Shown here: piece after piece, positions 36,827 through 43,281 of the stretch
Layout: every line of letters begins with the position of its first letter
Numbering within the stretch: the stretch's first letter is position 1
IMG/VR virus record: IMGVR_UViG_2909298281_000002
Origin: a virus
Lineage: Duplodnaviria > Heunggongvirae > Uroviricota > Caudoviricetes
DNA: 43,281 nucleotides
Direction: 5' to 3' (one strand)
Translations under genes and position numbers: made by a program
Notes under the pieces: model-generated
Databases searched by the model: none
Seen by the model: the letters and a program-made list of their open reading frames with translations, nothing else
Told to the model about the DNA's origin: nothing

Positions 36827-39800
36827 ATGGCAGTAAAGATTTCAGGTGTACTGAAAGACGGCACAGGAAAACCGGTACAGAACTGCACAATCCAGCTGAA
36901 AGCAAAACGTAACAGCACCACGGTGGTGGTGAACACGCTGGCCTCAGAAAATCCGGATGAAGCCGGGCGTTACAGCATGGACGTTGAGTACGGGCAGTAC
37001 AGCGTTATTCTGTTGGTGGAGGGATTCCCGCCGTCACATGCCGGGACCATCACCGTGTATGAAGATTCCCGACCCGGTACGCTGAATGATTTTCTCGGTG
37101 CCATGACGGAGGATGATGCCCGTCCTGAGGCACTGCGCCGTTTTGAACTGATGGTGGAAGAGGTGGCGCGTAACGCGTCCGCGGTGGCACAGAACACGGC
37201 AGCCGCGAAGAAGTCAGCCAGCGATGCCGGCACATCAGCACGTGAGGCGGCAACCCATGCGACTGATGCTGCAGGCTCAGCACGCGCAGCCAGCACGTCA
37301 GCCGGACAGGCCGCGTCGTCGGCTCAGTCAGCATCTTCCAGCGCAGGAACGGCATCAACAAAGGCCAGTGAAGCATCGAAAAGTGCTGCTGCTGCAGAGT
37401 CCTCAAAAAGCGCGGCAGCTACCAGTGCCGCTGCGGCGAAAACGTCAGAAACGAATGCGGCAGCGTCACAACAATCAGCAGCCACTTCTGCATCCGCCGC
37501 GACCACGAAGGCGTCAGAAGCAGCCACCTCAGCACGGGATGCGGCGGCCTCAAAAGAGGCAGCGAAATCATCAGAAACGAACGCATCATCAAGCGCCAGT
37601 AGTGCCGCTTCCTCGGCAACGGCGGCAGGCAATTCCGCGAAGGCGGCAAAGACGTCTGAGACAAACGCCAGGTCTTCTGAAACGGCAGCGGGACAGAGCG
37701 CCTCGGCTGCGGCAGGCTCAAAAACAGCGGCTGCGTCGTCTGCCAGTGCCGCGTCAACAAGTGCCGGGCAGGCCTCAGCCAGTGCCACCGCCGCCGGAAA
37801 ATCGGCAGAAAGTGCCGCATCGTCTGCTTCAACAGCCACAACGAAGGCTGGCGAAGCCACTGAACAGGCCAGCGCAGCAGCGAGGTCTGCTTCCGCAGCG
37901 AAGACATCCGAGACGAACGCGAAAGCGTCGGAAACCAGCGCAGAATCCTCAAAAACGGCTGCCGCATCGTCCGCCAGTTCGGCGGCGTCATCGGCATCAT
38001 CGGCGTCTGCTTCAAAAGATGAGGCGACCAGACAAGCGTCCGCAGCGAAGGTCAGCGCCACGACAGCATCCACGAAGGCGACAGAGGCAGCTGGCAGTGC
38101 GACGGCGGCAGCACAGAGCAAAAGTACGGCGGAATCCGCGGCAACGCGCGCCGAGACAGCGGCAAAACGGGCAGAGGATATTGCATCCGCCGTGGCGCTT
38201 GAGGATGCAAGTACGACGAAAAAGGGGATAGTACAGCTCAGCAGTGCGACCAACAGTACGTCTGAAACGCTGGCGGCAACGCCAAAGGCAGTAAAATCAG
38301 CCTATGACAATGCAGAGAAACGTCTGCAGAAAGACCAGAACGGCGCTGATATACCCGATAAGGGACGCTTCCTGAACAACATTAACGCGGTCAGTAAAAC
38401 AGACTTTGCTGATAAGCGTGGTATGCGTTATGTGCGGGTTAACGCTCCTGCAGGTGCAACATCTGGAAAATATTACCCTGTTGTTGTTATGCGTTCTGCT
38501 GGCTCAGTAAGCGAACTGGCATCAAGGGTCATTATCACCACGGCAACGCGAACCGCAGGCGATCCGATGAATAACTGCGAGTTTAACGGATTTGTTATGC
38601 CTGGTGGCTGGACTGACAGGGGGCGTTATGCTTATGGAATGTTCTGGCAATATCAAAACAATGAACGAGCCATCCACTCAATAATGATGAGTAATAAGGG
38701 CGATGATTTGCGCTCTGTGTTCTATGTTGATGGCGCTGCTTTCCCTGTTTTTGCGTTTATCGAAGATGGCCTGTCAATATCCGCACCTGGTGCTGATCTC
38801 GTTGTTAATGATACGACCTATAAGTTTGGGGCAACAAATCCAGCGACTGAATGTATCGCGGCGGACGTTATCCTTGATTTTAAGAGTGGGCGTGGTTTTT
38901 ATGAGTCTCATTCGTTAATCGTTAACGATAACTTGTCGTGCAAAAAACTTTTTGCCACAGACGAAATTGTAGCGCGTGGTGGTAATCAGATTCGAATGAT
39001 AGGTGGGGAGTATGGGGCATTATGGCGTAATGATGGCGCTAAAACTTACCTGCTGCTTACCAATCAAGGTGATGTTTATGGTGGATGGAATACATTAAGA
39101 CCGTTTGCTATTGATAACGCAACCGGCGAACTGGTTATTGGAACCAAGCTGTCTGCAAGTCTGAACGGTAACGCATTGACAGCAACAAAGCTGCAAACGC
39201 CAAGACTGGTTTCTGGGGTTGAGTTTGATGGTTCAAAATATATTACTTTAACCGCCGCGCATGTGGCTGCTTTTGCCAGAAGGGCAACGGATACATATGC
39301 CGATGCGGATGGTGGCGTTCCCTGGAATGCCGAATCAGGCGCTTACAATGTCACCCGCTCTGGCGACAGCTATATTCTGGTTAACTTCTATACCGGAGTC
39401 GGAAGTTGCCGGACCCTGCAGATGAAGGCGCATTACAGAAATGGTGGTCTGTTCTACCGTTCTTCAAGAGACGGTTATGGTTTTGAGGAAGACTGGGCAG
39501 AAGTTTATACCTCGAAAAATCTTCCACCAGAAAGCTACCCAGTCGGCGCACCAATCCCGTGGCCATCAGATACCGTTCCGTCTGGTTATGCCCTGATGCA
39601 GGGGCAGACTTTTGACAAATCTGCTTACCCGAAACTTGCAGCCGCTTATCCGTCAGGCGTGATCCCTGATATGCGTGGCTGGACGATTAAGGGCAAGCCC
39701 GCCAGTGGTCGTGCCGTATTGTCTCAGGAACAGGACGGCATTAAATCGCACACCCACAGCGCCAGCGTATCCAGTACGGATTTGGGTACGAAAACCACAT

Positions 39801-40225
39801 CATCGTTTGATTACGGCACTAAATCCACGAATAACACTGGTGCGCATACTCATAGTTTAAGTGGCAGCACGAATGCAGCTGGTAATCACAGCCATAGAGA
39901 TGGCCGTCGATTTAACCCCAGTGTTTTTAAAGATACTTATCAATATGGTTATACAAGCTCAGGTCAAAATACCTGGGGTGTACAAGGCTCAGTAGGTATG
40001 TCTACGGGGTGGTTAGCTAATACCAGTACAGATGGTAATCATAGCCACTCACTGTCCGGCACAGCAGCATCTGCAGGTGCACACGCGCATACTGTCGGTA
40101 TTGGTGCTCATACGCACTCCGTTGCGATTGGTTCACATGGACACACCATCACCGTTAACGCTGCTGGTAATGCGGAAAACACCGTCAAAAACATCGCATT
40201 TAACTATATTGTGAGGCTTGCATAA
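36827..40225 (+). CDS. stf: side tail fibre protein Stf
   Basis: 1132 aa from the ATG at 36827; N-terminus matches lambda Stf ([37 protein letters not shown]); long Ala/Ser-rich repetitive shaft; C-terminus with repeated His-x-His boxes (GAHTHS, GNHSHS, GAHAHT, GSHGHT) ending ...[11 protein letters not shown]. Confidence 0.9.
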   Translation: MAVKISGVLKDGTGKPVQNCTIQLKAKRNSTTVVVNTLASENPDEAGRYSMDVEYGQYSVILLVEGFPPSHAGTITVYEDSRPGTLNDFLGAMTEDDARPEALRRFELMVEEVARNASAVAQNTAAAKKSASDAGTSAREAATHATDAAGSARAASTSAGQAASSAQSASSSAGTASTKASEASKSAAAAESSKSAAATSAAAAKTSETNAAASQQSAATSASAATTKASEAATSARDAAASKEAAKSSETNASSSASSAASSATAAGNSAKAAKTSETNARSSETAAGQSASAAAGSKTAAASSASAASTSAGQASASATAAGKSAESAASSASTATTKAGEATEQASAAARSASAAKTSETNAKASETSAESSKTAAASSASSAASSASSASASKDEATRQASAAKVSATTASTKATEAAGSATAAAQSKSTAESAATRAETAAKRAEDIASAVALEDASTTKKGIVQLSSATNSTSETLAATPKAVKSAYDNAEKRLQKDQNGADIPDKGRFLNNINAVSKTDFADKRGMRYVRVNAPAGATSGKYYPVVVMRSAGSVSELASRVIITTATRTAGDPMNNCEFNGFVMPGGWTDRGRYAYGMFWQYQNNERAIHSIMMSNKGDDLRSVFYVDGAAFPVFAFIEDGLSISAPGADLVVNDTTYKFGATNPATECIAADVILDFKSGRGFYESHSLIVNDNLSCKKLFATDEIVARGGNQIRMIGGEYGALWRNDGAKTYLLLTNQGDVYGGWNTLRPFAIDNATGELVIGTKLSASLNGNALTATKLQTPRLVSGVEFDGSKYITLTAAHVAAFARRATDTYADADGGVPWNAESGAYNVTRSGDSYILVNFYTGVGSCRTLQMKAHYRNGGLFYRSSRDGYGFEEDWAEVYTSKNLPPESYPVGAPIPWPSDTVPSGYALMQGQTFDKSAYPKLAAAYPSGVIPDMRGWTIKGKPASGRAVLSQEQDGIKSHTHSASVSSTDLGTKTTSSFDYGTKSTNNTGAHTHSLSGSTNAAGNHSHRDGRRFNPSVFKDTYQYGYTSSGQNTWGVQGSVGMSTGWLANTSTDGNHSHSLSGTAASAGAHAHTVGIGAHTHSVAIGSHGHTITVNAAGNAENTVKNIAFNYIVRLA

Positions 40226-40806
40226 TGGCATTCAGAATGAGTGAACAACCACGGACCATAAAAATTTATAATCTGCTGGTCGGGACTAATGAATTTATTG
40301 GTGAAGGTGACGCATATATTCCGCCTCATACAGGTCTGCCAGCAAACAGTACCGATATTGCACCGCCAGATATTCCGGCAGGCTTCGTGGCTGTTTTCAA
40401 CAGTGATGAGGCATCGTGGCATCTCGTTGAAGATCATCGGGGTAAAACGGTTTATGACGTGGCTTCCGGCGACGCGTTATTTATTTCTGAACTCGGTCCG
40501 TTACCGGAAAATGTTACCTGGTTATCGCCGGGAGGGGAATATCAGAAGTGGAACGGCACAGCCTGGGTGAAGGATACGGAAGCAGAAAAACTGTTCCGGA
40601 TCCGGGAGGCGGAAGAAACAAAAAACAGCCTGATGCAGGCAGCGAATGAGCATATTGCGCCACTTCAGGATGCTGTAGATCTGGAAATCGCAACGGAGGA
40701 AGAAATCTCGTTGCTGGAAGCATGGAAAAAGTATCGGGTATTGCTGAACCGTGTTAATACAACAACTGCACCGGATATTGAATGGCCAGTAGCACCTATA
40801 GGGTAA
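40225..40806 (+). CDS. tfa: tail fibre assembly protein Tfa
   Basis: 193 aa, near-identical to lambda Tfa ([77 protein letters not shown]); ATG overlaps the stf stop. Confidence 0.95.
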   Translation: MAFRMSEQPRTIKIYNLLVGTNEFIGEGDAYIPPHTGLPANSTDIAPPDIPAGFVAVFNSDEASWHLVEDHRGKTVYDVASGDALFISELGPLPENVTWLSPGGEYQKWNGTAWVKDTEAEKLFRIREAEETKNSLMQAANEHIAPLQDAVDLEIATEEEISLLEAWKKYRVLLNRVNTTTAPDIEWPVAPIG

Positions 40807-41666
40807 ATTCGTAATGATTACCTAAATACGTTATTCTTTTGTTCAAAAAGTGATTTTGCTATAGGTAGGGAGTATGTTCTTGGATTAAGAATAAAAAATC
40901 GCCATGAAAGAGCTTCATGGCGAGTACATAAACGTACAAAATGTGATGAAAGTAGAGTGGCGTAAGCCACTATATTAAGATATGACAATAGCGAACAAAA
41001 GTAAATAACATTTTATGGACGTTTAATTGTTAATTATAAAAACTAGAGTGCCCGATATTGTTTATCTTGCTTTAAAATAATGTACTCAAACCAAATTTTT
41101 GAGCTAAAAGCTCAAATAATATAAATGCAATGATAATGTTTAATAAGACAATTAGCTTGCTTTGTATTTTCATTTCGGAATACTGTTAAGTAACTTTGAT
41201 GACCCTAACAATAGATCGGAATTTTCTTAGAGTCAATGGTCACTGTTTTTGTTTGCAAAGCAAATGTTTTGGTGGTTATAAGTTGTCTTAATATAGTCAC
41301 GCATGCAACTTGTTCCATGCGGAGATTAAAGATTGGAATATAACGCGAAGATGGAATTAAATTACATTTGCAATAATCAATTTATTATTACTCAATAATT
41401 ACCGATATTATTATTGTAAATTAATCATTAGAGTGCAAAAAGAAATATAACGGCAAAATAAGAGGACGATAGCTGAGAAAAAAGCGTGCTTTCCCAATCT
41501 GGGGCAAATCACGTCTGAATGACACCTGAAAACAGGTAGTAGCCTCAAGAAGGCTTGGAATATTCTTCTTTAATATTATGTAATTCATTGATTTTTCGTG
41601 TACGATTTTAAGACATTTATTCCAAGAAAAATTTTTAACTCTTTGATTTTTCGACTCTGTATCATC

Positions 41667-41727
41667 GGTCTCGAAAACCGGAGTAGGGGCAACTCTACCG
41701 GGGGGGCGAATCCCCCTCTCTCCGCCA
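41667..41727 (+). other. tRNA-Ser 3'-half fragment (pseudo-tRNA, probable att-site relic)
   Basis: GGTCTCGAAAACCGGAGTAGGGGCAACTCTACCGGGGGGGCGAATCCCCCTCTCTCCGCCA matches the anticodon stem-loop (anticodon CGA) through the 3' end of the serU-type tRNA-Ser as recalled, with an altered T-loop and no 5' half. Confidence 0.6.
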
Positions 41728-42310
41728 CTTTATCAATGACTTATCTCCCGACTTCCCGCCTTGCTTTTCCTAAACAGAACAATCGTAGAATATTCTTGAA
41801 GGGTTAGATCGTCACTGTTTTCTGTTCGATACTGTGACATTCAGCACTTGATTCGCTATGGATCTGACAGGAAGGTTTCGAGCGAAAATCTGCAGTTATT
41901 CAGTCGTTTTCTTATCGGTCACCATTATTCTTTTAGACATTGATCCTACAAAGCTGCCGCAAAGTTGGTGGTGGGAACTGAAGTTGCGTAGAGAAGGGGT
42001 CAATACCCGGAGGCAAACATGGGCTGGCAAAAGTGTAGCGGTATTAGGCGCAGCTATTTAGCCTAGTTATGTTTTATGAAAACTTGATATCATATAAGTG
42101 TCTTACTTATTGGCTGTAAATAAGGTTTTCTAAGGAATTGTTTCTTTAGTATCATTTGTAACTGTAACGGAATTTATAATCCTTTACTTTATTTTTACGG
42201 TGTTTTTTATCACACCCTATTTTTTATGTGGTTTTTTATACTGAAGTTTGGCAAAGTGAACTTTATATGCATATACTTCATCCTGGTTTCAGTTAAATTG
42301 GGTGGATGAT

Positions 42311-43054
42311 ATGGCAACTACATGTTCAGTTATATTGATTTTGGAGCCCTTTGATGTTTATTTCGGAAAAGAGAGTGTGTTTCTGGATAGAGGTTTATCT
42401 GTACTTGTCGACTCTAGCTATAGAGATTTTTTCCTGACATATCCTGAAAGAGTGATAGTGGCGGATTTTGGCGCTGAGTTTATTAGTCGCTATTTGAAAG
42501 CTAATAACTTAAGGGATATTTCTGATTGTAGGGAATATCCATCTTATTTAAAAATAAACTTTGCTGACTTCAGTTTAATTAAAGGATTAATTAGTTGGGC
42601 TAATCACTGTGCTGAATATATAGAAATTTTTGATGAGTCTATTGCTTTTACATGTCTCTCTGCATTTTCTTCTGAAAAACAATTTGGAGTATTTCTGTTT
42701 GGATGTTTGAAAAGCACAGGGGCTAAAGTTAAAACGATTATTCATACGGATTTATCTGCACCATGGCATCTTAAGGATATATCATCAAGATTATATCTCA
42801 GCGAAAGTTTACTAAAGAGGAAATTGAAAGAAGAGGGGGTATCATTCAGTAAGATCCTACTTGATGAGAGGATGCAAATGGCTGAATATTTACTCAGCAC
42901 TCGTTGTTATCCTATTAGTAAAGTAGCTAAGGTCTGTGGTTATGCCAGTGTCTCATACTTTACTTATGTATTTAGACGTTATTTTGGTGTTTCTCCAAGT
43001 CAATACTCTCAGAGGAGTTCAGAAAGTAAAATTCTTACTCACCAGGGAATCTAA
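42311..43054 (+). CDS. AraC/XylS-family transcriptional regulator (AppY/EnvY/GadX-like)
   Basis: 247 aa from the ATG at 42311 (the track start is a GTG at 42302); C-terminal AraC-type double HTH (WHLKDISSRLYLSESLLKRKLKEEGVSFSKILLDERMQMAEYLL...YASVSYFTYVFRRYFGVSPSQY); lies in very AT-rich DNA. Confidence 0.8.
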   Translation: MATTCSVILILEPFDVYFGKESVFLDRGLSVLVDSSYRDFFLTYPERVIVADFGAEFISRYLKANNLRDISDCREYPSYLKINFADFSLIKGLISWANHCAEYIEIFDESIAFTCLSAFSSEKQFGVFLFGCLKSTGAKVKTIIHTDLSAPWHLKDISSRLYLSESLLKRKLKEEGVSFSKILLDERMQMAEYLLSTRCYPISKVAKVCGYASVSYFTYVFRRYFGVSPSQYSQRSSESKILTHQGI

Positions 43055-43057
43055 TCA

Positions 43058-43281
43058 TTGTTCTTGCCCCCTTATTTCCAGACAGGGGGTGTATCTTAAG
43101 TTAACGTTACCCGCTGACGTCGATATTCTCGCGGAGAGCGATAACCCAACGCACTGTGCGGATGGTTTTCATTGTAATGTTCGATCGCCACTGCAAGATT
43201 ATGCAATGCCGTTCTTATATTCGGTTTCGGCATGAACGCGATGTAGTCTTCCTTCATCGTTTTCACGAACCTTTCTGCCAT
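43058..43281 (-). mobile_element. IS2-like insertion sequence (IS3 family), terminal part only; continues beyond the window
   Basis: Terminal inverted-repeat-like sequence, minus strand TGTCTGGAAATAAGGGGGCAAGAACA, resembles the IS2 end as recalled; adjacent transposase C-terminus; starts 3–6 bp after the AraC stop. Confidence 0.6.
43096..43281 (-). CDS. IS3-family transposase OrfB, C-terminal fragment truncated by the window edge
   Basis: ...[16 protein letters not shown]...[22 protein letters not shown] matches the conserved C-terminal end of IS2-type transposases; the ORF is open to the window boundary. Confidence 0.7.
   Translation of the reverse strand: MAERFVKTMKEDYIAFMPKPNIRTALHNLAVAIEHYNENHPHSALGYRSPREYRRQRVTLT

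Larger units (their letters stand above)
1445..40806. mobile_element. lambdoid prophage integrated at thrW (P22-type integrase, lambda-like late and tail genes); right boundary unresolved
   Basis: Contiguous phage modules from int next to the tRNA through tfa: int/xis, immunity, replication, Q, lysis, cos/terminase, head, tail. No attR repeat identified, so the right end is set at the tfa stop. Confidence 0.85.

Noticed and set aside
37224-38253. Long alternative-frame ORFs over the stf repeat region: 335-aa Arg/Pro/Gln-rich on the plus strand, 198-aa and 309-aa on the minus strand.
   Set aside because: They lie wholly inside the well-supported stf reading frame, are low-complexity by-products of the GC-rich repetitive DNA, and have no start or ribosome-binding-site context.
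41900-41930. Possible thrW-derived attR (TTATCGGTCACCATT compared with thrW TTATCGGCACCATT).
   Set aside because: Only about 14 nt with an indel; far too short and imperfect against the roughly 46-bp identity expected for a P22-type core. The true attR is probably eroded or outside the window.
41598-42061. Two small plus-strand ORFs of 69 aa and 67 aa in the AT-rich region after tfa.
   Set aside because: The first overlaps the tRNA-Ser relic and neither has a recognisable ribosome-binding site or motif. Left unannotated, though a small protein cannot be excluded.

Overview
The window is an Escherichia coli-type proA–thrW chromosomal locus carrying a lambdoid prophage of about 39 kb (roughly 1445–40806), followed by an AT-rich island with an AraC-family regulator and the edge of an IS2-like element. 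The prophage is mosaic: P22-type integrase/excisionase at the tRNA-Thr junction, a YfdT/S/R/Q/P-like early-left operon, a CI/Cro immunity switch, a replication module with in-gene iterons, then PerC-like, LexA-DNA-binding-domain-only, RusA, KilA-N, DUF968 and Q genes. Late genes are a lambda-type lysis cassette, a cos site with Nu1/A-type terminase, a portal, a fused ClpP-like protease/major capsid gene, and a lambda-like tail (Z, U, V, G/T, H, M, L, K, I, J, lom, stf, tfa). J carries a frameshift in a G-run. The best candidate for an undescribed system is an AT-rich two-gene cassette (12930–14544) between Q and the holin, on the opposite strand with its own promoter: a 340-aa soluble protein plus a 194-aa four-helix membrane protein, a RexA/RexB-like architecture with no recognisable catalytic motif. 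All calls rest on reading the sequence and recalled family knowledge; no searches or folding were run.
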